NCBI GenBank assembly: GCA_905182515.1
Contig: CAJJBW010000006.1
Coordinates: 79,553-143,552, forward strand
Source of the DNA: an uncultured Candidatus Poseidoniales archaeon
GTDB lineage: Archaea > Thermoplasmatota > Poseidoniia > Poseidoniales > Thalassarchaeaceae
DNA length: 64,000 nt
Reading direction: 5' to 3'
The first letter of the stretch is position 1. Every line of letters starts with the position of its first letter. The notes beneath the pieces were generated by a model. The model ran no database searches and was not told where the DNA came from. It saw only the letters and a list, made by a program, of their open reading frames with translations. Made by a program: the position numbers and the translations under genes. Below are positions 9,991 to 19,700 of this stretch, in pieces.

Positions 9991-10824
9991 ATGGAGGAAG
10001 ATTGGTGGAATGCGGAATCATCACAAAAATTCTCTTCTGACACTCCTCCTGCTATCGTCATAGTCGATGCCCAAAAAGGTTCTAATATTCTTTCAGGGGA
10101 TGTGAATATGGTTTCAGAAAGTTTACAATCAGGTGTTTGGAATCAAATTGATCATGATAAAAATAGTAAATTTCCATCTTGGGCTTGGTTCTTAACAGGC
10201 CTTATCTTAGTCCCAATAATACTCTTATTGACTACATCAATATTGATGGTATTTGCAGATTCTTCTTTCAATAATGAGTATTATTCAAATTACCCTAAGC
10301 AAGTTGATGACGTGACTTTTAATGGTAAAATTTTTGAAGTTCATACATTCTCTATGACAACGGGTTTTGAAGATATCTTCGCAACACATAGTTACTGGGA
10401 CATAGCAATCGAAGGTGAACATAATGGAGAATATTGGAACAGTTATATTTCAGGAAATTATAATGCCCCTCATCAATTAACAACCACTGATAGCATTGAT
10501 AATGAATGGTATGAATCGTTTGTGTATAAACAGAATCAAGATAATCAGTCATTATATGTAAAAGTAATTGTAGATGATATTTATGTTGCAACTAAGCCAG
10601 GAGAGCCTCCAAATTTTGTAAATTATTGGGGGGAAAGTACCCAAACAGGTACAGAATTAATCTCTTTTGTAACATGCCTAATTTGGCCAATTGTAATTAT
10701 TGGTGGATCTATATGGGGTTTTGCAACGAACAGAAAACCATTCACATATGGAATAATAACGATGGGGGCATTGGTTTTTTTAGCTTTCTTATTTTTAATT
10801 CTCGCTTTATTGGCTACCTTCTAA
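9991..10824 (+). CDS. Hypothetical membrane protein
   Basis: One N-proximal TM, a soluble loop and two C-terminal TMs; promoter-like box 22 nt upstream. Confidence 0.6.
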   Translation: MEEDWWNAESSQKFSSDTPPAIVIVDAQKGSNILSGDVNMVSESLQSGVWNQIDHDKNSKFPSWAWFLTGLILVPIILLLTTSILMVFADSSFNNEYYSNYPKQVDDVTFNGKIFEVHTFSMTTGFEDIFATHSYWDIAIEGEHNGEYWNSYISGNYNAPHQLTTTDSIDNEWYESFVYKQNQDNQSLYVKVIVDDIYVATKPGEPPNFVNYWGESTQTGTELISFVTCLIWPIVIIGGSIWGFATNRKPFTYGIITMGALVFLAFLFLILALLATF

Positions 10825-10861
10825 TTTAATTACAAATCCTTTTTCAACTATAAGACATATA

Positions 10862-11353
10862 TTAATTCTTACTTGCTGTAGAAAGCAATCGTTCCACGAT
10901 CACTGCATCGACCCATTTTCCATCTACTTTGCCATGTTTTTCATATACTCCAACTTCCCGGAAACCATGCTTAGAAAGAAGGTTTCTAGAAGCCATATTT
11001 TCCGGAAAAACTCTAGATAGGATTTTCCAACATTGAGTATTATCCATTTTTGTTAAAAAATCAGATAGTAATAAATTTCCTATACCAGATCTCCTATATT
11101 CCTTATCAACGTAAACTGAAAACTGTGAGATGCCCGCATAACAATTTCTATCACTATACGGAAATGACCTGATGAATCCAATAACATTATCCTCCACTAA
11201 TGCCACTAAGATTATACCTTTTTTAGACCACACTCTACTTTCTTCTACGCTTACATGCTCCGTGTTAAGGGACGCTATTTTTTCATCTATCATTTTGTTA
11301 TATATCTTTGTCATACACTCAAAATCAAATATTTCTGCGTTTCGAATAATCAC
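10862..11353 (-). CDS. GNAT N-acetyltransferase, phosphinothricin/ArsN1-like
   Basis: YSDRNCYAGI.QFSVYV, acetyl-CoA loop RRSGIG, WKILSRVFPENMAS, GFREVGVYEKHGK.DG.W.D..IVER. Confidence 0.85.
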   Translation of the reverse strand: MIIRNAEIFDFECMTKIYNKMIDEKIASLNTEHVSVEESRVWSKKGIILVALVEDNVIGFIRSFPYSDRNCYAGISQFSVYVDKEYRRSGIGNLLLSDFLTKMDNTQCWKILSRVFPENMASRNLLSKHGFREVGVYEKHGKVDGKWVDAVIVERLLSTASKN

Positions 11354-11590
11354 GTGACCTTCATCCGATTGAATACATCTAATTAGAGAATATAAAACAA
11401 ACTCAGAACTGTTTCAAATTACCAATATTTTGCTATCTAATTCTTACATAATCAAATGGAGATATACATAATATATTATAATTTTAGGTACGTTAAAATA
11501 TATTATTATTTAAGGCATTAAACAATATATTGCTTGATAATTACATAATCTAATAGATGAACTAAATAATTTAATACTGTCGCCTAAATT

Positions 11591-12451
11591 ATGGAATGGA
11601 TACCTGCTCCCTTGCCTAATTCTATTGAAGAGGGAATTAAAGAGAATCTAATATCATGGGATCAGTTAGCAAATTCCCATGCTCAGGGAAAGGGATCTGA
11701 GTTCTACAGGATCGATAATTGGTTATCGGGAGAGACTACATTAGCCCCTTGGGAAATTAGAGAAATTGGGGCCATAAGTGGAAAAACTTTGCTTCATCTC
11801 CAGTGCCATATCGGAACAGATACTTTGTCATGGTCTCGAGAGGGAGCAATAGTGACAGGATTGGATTTTTCTACTAATTCAATAAAAGAGGCAGAAAGGT
11901 TTGCTGAACTCATGGGCATCAGAAATAGTAGATTCGTTATCAGTAGAGTCCAAGATGCAGTAGAATCATTAGATGGTGAAAAATTTGATGTTCTCTATAC
12001 AGGCAAAGGTGCTCTTTGTTGGCTGCCAGATATTGAAGAATGGGCTACAGTTTGTAGTAAACTGGTCAAACAGGGGGGCATATTGTATCTTGAAGAATCC
12101 ACACCTATGTTCAATGCTTTAACTCCTATGAAATTTCAAAAAGAAACAGTATTTGGACTAAAATATGACTTATTCAACAAAAATCCTGTATCTGAAATAG
12201 GACAAGGAAGTTATGCAGATCCAAACTGGCCTGGGAAGATGAGAATTCATACATGGGAGTATACTTATGGAGGCATTATTAACGCTCTTGTGAGAAATGG
12301 TTTTCGAATAGAGCATCTTAACGAGCGAGATGAGGTATTCTTCAACCCTCATCCTGAGAATCTAGTCAAATCAAGATCAAATTACTGGTCATTAAAGGAG
12401 AATTCTTTGAAATTTCCATTATCTTTTTCCATCAAGGCAACCAGAATATAA
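11591..12451 (+). CDS. Class I SAM-dependent methyltransferase
   Basis: LLHLQCHIGTDTLS...GA.VTGLDFS, FDVLYTG.GALCWLPD, LVKQGGILYL. Confidence 0.88.
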   Translation: MEWIPAPLPNSIEEGIKENLISWDQLANSHAQGKGSEFYRIDNWLSGETTLAPWEIREIGAISGKTLLHLQCHIGTDTLSWSREGAIVTGLDFSTNSIKEAERFAELMGIRNSRFVISRVQDAVESLDGEKFDVLYTGKGALCWLPDIEEWATVCSKLVKQGGILYLEESTPMFNALTPMKFQKETVFGLKYDLFNKNPVSEIGQGSYADPNWPGKMRIHTWEYTYGGIINALVRNGFRIEHLNERDEVFFNPHPENLVKSRSNYWSLKENSLKFPLSFSIKATRI

Positions 12452-12514
12452 AGATCATGATTTACATAGGAACATCCAAAACAATTTTTAGTCCCATATC
12501 TTTGAAGATAATGT

Positions 12515-12844
12515 ATGAAAGATATAATCGCAATGCAGATAATTGGGGCATTCCTTTTCCTGTTAGCTTCTGTAAAAATAATTAAACCTAAAGAAATAAA
12601 TGAAGGTGTTTTTGGAGAGATTCCTGATGCAGAAGTGGCTAAACTAGCATCAATGAGAATGCTCCTTTGCGGTTCACTAATGGCTATATCTTTAATTAAT
12701 TTAATTTTTAGTTTTATGGTAGAAGCCGGTGATGCAACAGAAGCAATATTGATTTCAACCTCAATAGGAATCCTAGTATTCTAGCTTTGTATTATTGGCT
12801 CCAAATTGAGAGGATTTATTGGTTTTATGGGCGCATATTTGTAA
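12515..12844 (+). pseudogene. Small membrane protein, probably truncated by a premature TAG
   Basis: The 89-aa ORF stops (TAG 12782-12784) in mid TM helix; the same frame continues LCIIGSKLRGFIGFMGAYL*. Confidence 0.45.
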
Positions 12845-12957
12845 TGGCATAGTAAAGTTCTTTAGCATTTAATCATTGATATACAATATTACATCTTTAA
12901 ATTATTTTAATAAGGGATTAAGTATTTCCTGAAACCAAGTTTTCTTTTTTTAATTGA

Positions 12958-13884
12958 TTAGAAAGGAGTTTTTTTATTTAGCCGGGCCGTCATCTGTAGG
13001 TATCTATCGGAGTGTTCTGTATTCGGTAAATATATTACAAATTGCCAATATCTCCATGCAGCAATTGAAAGAGTTGCTAGCCTATGTAAATCTGACAAAG
13101 AATCGATTTCATCATCGCTTAATTTTCTAATAGATTGATAACCATCCAATAATGAACCCCATCGTTCAGGAACAGATTCACCATTTTCCCAGCCAAAGCC
13201 AACAAAGGTCATTACTAAATCAAATGCTAAAATACCATGACATACCTCTTCAAAATCAAGTATTGAATTTACTTGATTTTTAGACCCTAAAACATTATCA
13301 GGAAATAAGTCTCCATGAATCACACCTTTGGGTAGATTTCCAATTTTATCTATTATTATTGAGGATTCAGTTTTTAACATTTTTATAAAATCAGTCCAAT
13401 GATTATTTTCTTCTGCCACTGAAAATATTTTTTCAAATAACATAGATCCCATAGAAAAATTTTCTTTAAGTCCTTTTGGGGGTTTAATCAAGTGCATGCT
13501 AGCCTGAATCCTACCAAGGGAATATAATGAGGAGTGATTAGATTCTAACCACTGACCCTCAATAAAGGGTAGTAGAGTCCATGCTAGTTCATTTTTTATT
13601 ATTATATATTTACCATTATTGAATATTATTGGATGTGGCGTAGGTACATCATTATTGGCTAAATAACAAGTCATCAAAAGTAGGTATTCAACTTCTTCTA
13701 TAGATTGTTCATTCCATATCTTCAATACAAGTTTAGTACCATCATTTAGAAATAATACATAATTAGAATTAGCCCAACCTCCAGGTAATTTATCTATACT
13801 ATCTAAATCAATAAATCCAGCTAATTCAATTATCTCTGAAGCTTCATCAAACGAGACTTCAGTATAAGTCATATGTATGTCCAA
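12958..13884 (-). CDS. Type II homoserine kinase-like phosphotransferase (APH family)
   Basis: G..NSNY, VLKI, GVIHGDLFPDNVL and ILDFEE kinase motifs. Confidence 0.82.
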   Translation of the reverse strand: MDIHMTYTEVSFDEASEIIELAGFIDLDSIDKLPGGWANSNYVLFLNDGTKLVLKIWNEQSIEEVEYLLLMTCYLANNDVPTPHPIIFNNGKYIIIKNELAWTLLPFIEGQWLESNHSSLYSLGRIQASMHLIKPPKGLKENFSMGSMLFEKIFSVAEENNHWTDFIKMLKTESSIIIDKIGNLPKGVIHGDLFPDNVLGSKNQVNSILDFEEVCHGILAFDLVMTFVGFGWENGESVPERWGSLLDGYQSIRKLSDDEIDSLSDLHRLATLSIAAWRYWQFVIYLPNTEHSDRYLQMTARLNKKTPF

Positions 13885-13979
13885 AAAGTAATTTCTATTT
13901 TGTACTATCTGTTACCACATTCATAAGTTTTAAAGGGATTAGTGCCAATAGTACCTATTAGAGTTTTATCAGATGCTTT

Positions 13980-14022
13980 GGACGAAAGGGCGTACTGACC
14001 CCTGCGCCATGTTATTTCGTCT
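13980..14022 (+). promoter_or_regulatory. Nested stem-loop in the putative 5' UTR of the DEAD-box helicase
   Basis: GACGAAA (13981-87) pairs with TTTCGTC (14015-21) and encloses GGCGTA/TGCGCC (13989-94 / 14003-08); followed by GAGGT SD and ATG at 14045. Confidence 0.45.
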
Positions 14023-14044
14023 TGTTCAGTTTGAGGTCAATTAA

Positions 14045-15292
14045 ATGTTAAATTTTGAATCACTGGGATTATCACAAAAATTACTTCGTGCCCTTAGCAA
14101 TGAAGGTTATGATACTCCAACACCCGTGCAATCGCAAGCAATACCATTATTGTTGAATGGAAAAGATGTGCTTGGAGTTGCACAAACTGGAACAGGGAAG
14201 ACTGCTGCATTTGCATTACCTATATTACAAATATTAATTAAAAAACATAATTCAAATAAACGTAATATAAGAGCCCTTGTTCTTTCTCCAACTCGTGAGT
14301 TGGCAGCACAAATTGATGAAAGATTTTCAGTATATAGTCAATATACTGATATACGGCATAATGTAATTTTTGGAGGAGTTAGTCAAAAACCGCAGGTTAA
14401 CTCATTGAATCGAGGAATTGATATTTTAGTAGCTACACCAGGAAGACTTTTAGATTTAATACAACAGGGGCACGTAGATCTAAGAAGTGTTGAATTTTTC
14501 GTGTTAGATGAGGCAGATAGAATGCTAGATATGGGATTTATAAGAGATATTAAAAAAGTTTTAAAAATTCTTCCTAAGAAGCGGCAAAATTTACTTTTTA
14601 GTGCTACAATGCCATCTTCAATAGCAAACTTAGCTAATTCATTTTTGAATAATGCTGAAATGATAGATTTGAGTCCGAAAGAAATAACTGTCGATAGGAT
14701 TGAACAATCAGTTTTATTTGTCCGGAAAGCAGATAAACGCAAATTACTCGTAGACATCATTAATGAAAATATGGTCAAAAGAGGAATAATATTCACTAGA
14801 ACTAAGCATGGTGCCAATAGATTAGTGAAGCAACTTGATAAAGCAGGAATAGAGGCACTCGCAATACATGGGAATAAGAGTCAAGGTGCACGAACTAGAG
14901 CCCTTGAACAATTCAAAAGGGGCAGCGTCCCATTATTAGTTGCAACTGATATTGCTAGCCGTGGCATAGACGTAGAAGGTGTGACTCATGTCTTCAATTT
15001 TGACTTACCTAACGAGCCAGAGAGTTATGTCCACAGAATTGGAAGAACAGCACGAGCAGGGAAAAGTGGCGTAGCATATGCATTTTGTGATGAAAGTGAA
15101 AGCGGGTATTTAGTAGGCATTCAGATACTAATTGGGAATGAAATACGCGTTATTGAAAACCATGGGTATCATTTTTCGGAAGCCATCCCAAAAGCCAATC
15201 AAAAACCCGGTAAAATAAAAATAAAACAAAATAAAAATAATAATAGGAATAATAATAGGAATAATAATAATAATAATTCATATAGGAATTGA
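14045..15292 (+). CDS. DEAD-box RNA helicase, bacterial RhlE-like
   Basis: Q motif, AQTGTGKT, PTRELA, TPGRL, DEAD, SAT, HRIGRTARAG. Confidence 0.95.
   Translation: MLNFESLGLSQKLLRALSNEGYDTPTPVQSQAIPLLLNGKDVLGVAQTGTGKTAAFALPILQILIKKHNSNKRNIRALVLSPTRELAAQIDERFSVYSQYTDIRHNVIFGGVSQKPQVNSLNRGIDILVATPGRLLDLIQQGHVDLRSVEFFVLDEADRMLDMGFIRDIKKVLKILPKKRQNLLFSATMPSSIANLANSFLNNAEMIDLSPKEITVDRIEQSVLFVRKADKRKLLVDIINENMVKRGIIFTRTKHGANRLVKQLDKAGIEALAIHGNKSQGARTRALEQFKRGSVPLLVATDIASRGIDVEGVTHVFNFDLPNEPESYVHRIGRTARAGKSGVAYAFCDESESGYLVGIQILIGNEIRVIENHGYHFSEAIPKANQKPGKIKIKQNKNNNRNNNRNNNNNNSYRN
15236..15277 (+). repeat. (AAT)n/AGG microsatellite encoding an Asn-rich helicase tail
   Basis: (AATAATAATAGG)x2 followed by (AAT)x6, encoding NNNRNNNRNNNNNN. 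Confidence 0.85.
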
Positions 15293-15546
15293 GAGGACTG
15301 TAAAATTATTCTTAGTGATTAGATTAATTATTAATATCATTAATTTTCTTAACAATATGAACATTAGTACTATATTTAACATGATTTCAAAAACCCTAAC
15401 AGTATCTAATTACATAGGCAAGAATAATTTTTGGATACGATATTAATTAATCAACACGGAAGCACCTTTGAAGAGAAGAATACGCCTATAATGTAAGGTT
15501 TTCCTATATTAATAAGCATTAGATATAAATGATAAATTATGACATA

Positions 15547-16188
15547 CTACTCCTGTAATATAGTCAAATTGTAAATAATTGTTGCTAAAAATGAGCCGGA
15601 TAATTGAGGCAATATATGCATCCACGAATGAGTAATGCTTAATTTACCAGTCAATATTAATGACCCCGTTACGGCTGGATTAAATGATGCAAGAGAAATA
15701 TCCCCTACTAAAATGATACCTAAAAAAACAACTAAACTTATAGCAAAACCATAATATAAATTACCTGCAATAGATTTGGTAGTTGCTACAATCAAAATCA
15801 CATATGCTAAAGCGAAAGTAAAAATTAATTCAGCCAGAATAGCTTCATTTCCTAAATCTACAGAGTCTTGAGGAAGCGAATTCGGAAATAGGAAGTTTTT
15901 AGTAATTAATGCTGCACAACATCCAGCAGTAATTTGAGTAATGACATATGGCAATAATTCCCTTTTTTCGCAGTATCCTCTAATATAAAATACCAATGAT
16001 ATAACTGGATTGTAATGAGCCCCTGAAATATTTCCGCCAGCATAAATCAATATCATAAGTGTAGTTGCAACTACAATCGAAGTATATTCTCCAACTACGC
16101 CGTATACCCCAACAATACAAATAGAAAGACAAAGGATAAACGTTCCAATAAATTCTGTAGTCAACTTAACTTTTAGTGAGTGACTCAT
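15547..16188 (-). CDS. MIP family channel (aquaporin-like)
   Basis: EFIGTF, SGAHYNPV, AELIFTF and SFNPAV motifs; six TMs. Confidence 0.92.
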   Translation of the reverse strand: MSHSLKVKLTTEFIGTFILCLSICIVGVYGVVGEYTSIVVATTLMILIYAGGNISGAHYNPVISLVFYIRGYCEKRELLPYVITQITAGCCAALITKNFLFPNSLPQDSVDLGNEAILAELIFTFALAYVILIVATTKSIAGNLYYGFAISLVVFLGIILVGDISLASFNPAVTGSLILTGKLSITHSWMHILPQLSGSFLATIIYNLTILQE

Positions 16189-16384
16189 GCCCCCAATACT
16201 TGGCCGAGTAATTTAAATTAATAGGATGATATTTTTTATATAATAAGATTATAAATGATAATATGAGGATATATCCTAAGGCGGGTATATTTAGCCATTA
16301 TATCAAAGATTTGAATTATTTTTACAATCTATAAACCATAAAATATTTTTTAAAAAAAATAGTTCTGCAATATATGTGTTTAAA

Positions 16385-17707
16385 TCAAGTATTAATCCAA
16401 CGGCCTTGCCATTCATTTCCAGTATTATCAATGTGGACAAATAAATTAAATGAAATCCATACTAAAGTATTGAAGCCTTTACCTAATTCTTGTTCCCCCC
16501 CGGCTTTAGTAACCATAAAATCTAAATTATCACTACCTGAATGCCATTCTTGCCAAAATGAAACATCTCCTCCTGCTGAAAAAAAGTTAAAAGTCGCGTA
16601 GTCATTGGTAAAAAATGAACAGTGATCTGATGCACACGATTCTTCAGATTGCCAGTATATCATATTGTCATCTATATAATTCATAGATAATTCGTCATCA
16701 ACAGAAAGGCGTATCCATTCATTCATTATAGATAGATTCTCTTCAAATGCCCCTGCAGTTGCAATTGAAAGATCAAATGGACCATATCCATTTGGGGGCA
16801 TAATAGGATAATTAAGTGAGACCATATCAAAATTCATGTAAGCTTTAACGGAATGCCCTTCAGGTAAATGGTTTACAAAGGCTGCACTCCCCAACAGTCC
16901 CTCTTCTTCGCATGCCCATAGCGCTGCTACAACTGTGTGGTCCCATTCTCTACTTCCTAATGCTTGAGCCAATTCCATGCTTACTGTAGAGCCGCTAGTA
17001 TCATCATTGGCTCCTTCGCTGGTTCCACCCCCCGGAGGGGTAAAGGCATAAGCGACATCAAAATGGCCTCCAATGACAATATATTGTTCGGGATAAACGA
17101 GTCCATACTTGTAACCAACTACATTTAATTGATCTGGATCATCATCATATCGAGTTACTTCAACTAGATCAAAACCATATTCTTCCCATTTGACTTTCAT
17201 GGCTTCAGCAGCTGATTCATAACTAGAACCACCTTCGTGAATTGATGCAGATGCGCACCACCGATTATTGTAGCTAGTTGTCAACATATCAATAGTATCA
17301 AATGCCCGGCGCCCATCAATTAACATCATCTCCTGACTATCTTCCAGTGTCAAAGTAAAGTTTAACATTTGATTACCAGCCTCTATAGACAAATCTATAA
17401 AATCTAATTCGGTGTCAAGAATTAATAACTCTAATGAAGTAGTTTTCGATCCCAATGTCATATTCATTGTATCTCTGAAAACACCAAATTCATCTACAAA
17501 AAAAGCACCTTCAGTACGGTGAATAGTCCAATCCGTATTTGATTGTACATTCAAAGTATAAATTTGACCTCTTGTAGCGAATGGCGGATTATCTTCTTCA
17601 TTAATTATTAGACTCGCCTCCATCAAAGATGAGTTATTGCCAAAACATCCCGAAAGAGGAGTTAGCAATAAAATTAAAATAAAAAGAAATACACTGCACC
17701 GGGCCAC
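16385..17707 (-). CDS. M28 family metallopeptidase, lipoprotein
   Basis: Lipobox LSGC; GGHFD, GANDDTSG, EEEGLLGS, NFDM, SDH and WHSGSD zinc ligands. Confidence 0.9.
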   Translation of the reverse strand: MARCSVFLFILILLLTPLSGCFGNNSSLMEASLIINEEDNPPFATRGQIYTLNVQSNTDWTIHRTEGAFFVDEFGVFRDTMNMTLGSKTTSLELLILDTELDFIDLSIEAGNQMLNFTLTLEDSQEMMLIDGRRAFDTIDMLTTSYNNRWCASASIHEGGSSYESAAEAMKVKWEEYGFDLVEVTRYDDDPDQLNVVGYKYGLVYPEQYIVIGGHFDVAYAFTPPGGGTSEGANDDTSGSTVSMELAQALGSREWDHTVVAALWACEEEGLLGSAAFVNHLPEGHSVKAYMNFDMVSLNYPIMPPNGYGPFDLSIATAGAFEENLSIMNEWIRLSVDDELSMNYIDDNMIYWQSEESCASDHCSFFTNDYATFNFFSAGGDVSFWQEWHSGSDNLDFMVTKAGGEQELGKGFNTLVWISFNLFVHIDNTGNEWQGRWINT

Positions 17708-17877
17708 ATCATTCTGTAACCCTTTAGGTATTTGGAAATAATGGTTAAACCGTAATACTATATTACATAAAATAATGATTAGGTTTGAATAACGACAGCT
17801 TTCATAATATATTTCGTGCGATGATAAGTTATCAATATTACATTAGTGCTGTCTTAAATATTTAAAACAAGACGATA

Positions 17878-18687
17878 TTACTCTTCCTTATCGCTAAGAA
17901 GTCCTCGAGACTCAGCGTAATCTCCGAGGGATTCTAATCTCTTCAACCACCCCTTTGCTTCCGCACTTTTATTTGTTCTAACAATCCAAACCCGGCCGAA
18001 TAATGTATCCCAAAGACCTAATTTAGAATCCTTACGGAACCTGTACATGGCGTAGTCAATTAAAGGAGGTAATATCATCAGTAAACCTACTATACTGAAT
18101 ACCTTAGAAATAGTAGTATCTCCTAGTCCAGAACCAGATATGTTCAATATAGCATATAGTCCAATTAATACAAAAACAGTAGTTAGTCCTTTCAAAAATA
18201 CATATCCCCAAAGCGGAGGATCACCACTAGTGTTCACATAACGTGTCCTACTTACCCAATTGCCCAAAGATCTGCCAGTTTGGGAAGGAAGTACAAGTAA
18301 ATTTAGAATAACTAAAAGGATACCTCCAATATAAAGATATGTTGGATCGGAGTTTCCACCACTCAAACCAAGTCCAATGACAGGGATGCTCCAGCCATAA
18401 CTAGCTGAAAAATCTACAAATCTGCGAGTTAATATTTGACCTCGGGTTGCATGTTCAAACCCTACTGGTAATTCTTTGACTACACGGGTTCTATTTGATC
18501 TAGGTTGTTTGGCTTTCTTTGGGACTCTCTCTTTTCTCTGTTTTTTAGACTTCTTAGCTATTTTAACCGGATTAGGATCTAAAACTACCGGCTCTGGGGT
18601 GACAACTTGAGCTTTTAGGCCCGCAGATTTAGAATTTTCTTCAGTTTGAATTTTTCCTGCTTTTTCAAGTAAACCCATATATATCAT
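17878..18687 (-). CDS. RDD-like membrane protein with Lys/Arg-rich N-terminus
   Basis: RRFVD, G.SLGNW...R.V...G, and LWD motifs with 4 TMs; overlaps the upstream gene by ATGA. Confidence 0.55.
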   Translation of the reverse strand: MIYMGLLEKAGKIQTEENSKSAGLKAQVVTPEPVVLDPNPVKIAKKSKKQRKERVPKKAKQPRSNRTRVVKELPVGFEHATRGQILTRRFVDFSASYGWSIPVIGLGLSGGNSDPTYLYIGGILLVILNLLVLPSQTGRSLGNWVSRTRYVNTSGDPPLWGYVFLKGLTTVFVLIGLYAILNISGSGLGDTTISKVFSIVGLLMILPPLIDYAMYRFRKDSKLGLWDTLFGRVWIVRTNKSAEAKGWLKRLESLGDYAESRGLLSDKEE

Positions 18688-19631
18688 TCCCCGTATAGTT
18701 CGCCCATTCTCGTAAATATATCAAAATCAGGCGAGTTGACAAAATCATTAATAGAATCAGGTGGTAGGTCCCCTAATACTTTGTTAATCATTATGAAAAA
18801 GGAATTGCGATCTTCATTAGATGACGATTGAGGGTTTGCCCCTATTTGCTCAAATAATTTGAAATCGGTAGACCCTACAAAGGAATTAATAAAATCTTCA
18901 GATGCATCGCCAAGTAAATCATTAACGATATTAAAGAATTTTTGGAATTCATCTTTCGAATCGTCCAATTCAAGTATAGCCTCTACAAATTCATTAAAAT
19001 CAACAGTACCAGAATTATTATTATCTGCAGATTTAAAAAAATTCTTTAATTCATTGTTACTGAGATTAGATAAGTTATCTACTGGGATATTAGTAACTTC
19101 AGAAACTTTTGAAAGGAAGCCATCATCTTTCATTGACTCCATAAATTCACTTAAGGTCATTGAATCATCTTTTTCAGGTACAGAAATTAATTCCACCGTA
19201 GGTTTTATTGATCGCATCTCTTGTTGTTCTTTCTTACGCAGCACGATTATTTCTCGGTCTAGTTCTGAGCCAAATCTATCTTGAAATCTATCTAATAAAG
19301 TCCCTACTTCGCCTTTGGCTATTCTATCAATATGCCCGTACATACTTTGTTTGTTATCCGATCGAATTGTAGGGTCATTCGCTTTTCTTTTTTCCCATAT
19401 TGATTTAAAATCTGTATTTGTTTGTAGTGAATTAGAAAAATCAAGGGCATTTGCTGCATCGAGCAAAGTTTGATCCATGGCACCTAAAGGTTCAGTGCTA
19501 TCAGAATTTAAAAAAATAGGAGGCGGCGCTGGCATTCCAGGAGGTGTGGGCAGAGTTATTCCAGGAGGAGGAGGAGGGAGAGGGAAGGGGAAATTTTTTA
19601 GTTGCTCTTCAATATCTTCATCCCCAGACAT
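18684..19631 (-). CDS. EF-hand protein with polyproline N-terminus and duplicated C-terminal helical unit
   Basis: Canonical loop DNNNSGTVDFNE; PFPLPPPPPGITLPTPPGMPAPPP. Start chosen at MSGDED. Confidence 0.7.
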   Translation of the reverse strand: MSGDEDIEEQLKNFPFPLPPPPPGITLPTPPGMPAPPPIFLNSDSTEPLGAMDQTLLDAANALDFSNSLQTNTDFKSIWEKRKANDPTIRSDNKQSMYGHIDRIAKGEVGTLLDRFQDRFGSELDREIIVLRKKEQQEMRSIKPTVELISVPEKDDSMTLSEFMESMKDDGFLSKVSEVTNIPVDNLSNLSNNELKNFFKSADNNNSGTVDFNEFVEAILELDDSKDEFQKFFNIVNDLLGDASEDFINSFVGSTDFKLFEQIGANPQSSSNEDRNSFFIMINKVLGDLPPDSINDFVNSPDFDIFTRMGELYGE

Positions 19632-19700
19632 TGGCCTCACGAGTGTAGTGTGTAAATCTACATTATTGAAGGTTCTCCGAGTATGGGCTAATAACACGCA

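Noticed and set aside
11465-11512. Imperfect AT-rich inverted repeat
   Set aside because: Needs a bulge and is almost all A/T; expected by chance at this composition.
6324-12844. Pyrrolysine/TAG read-through suggested by in-frame TAGs at 6558 and 12782
   Set aside because: TAG is the normal stop of several intact genes here (kptA, rps12, SBDS, tiaS) and no pyl genes are present; decay is the simpler explanation.
13981-14021. Hammerhead ribozyme (GAAA and CTGA near stems)
   Set aside because: The CUGAnGA core is absent (CTGACCC) and the three-stem topology cannot be built.
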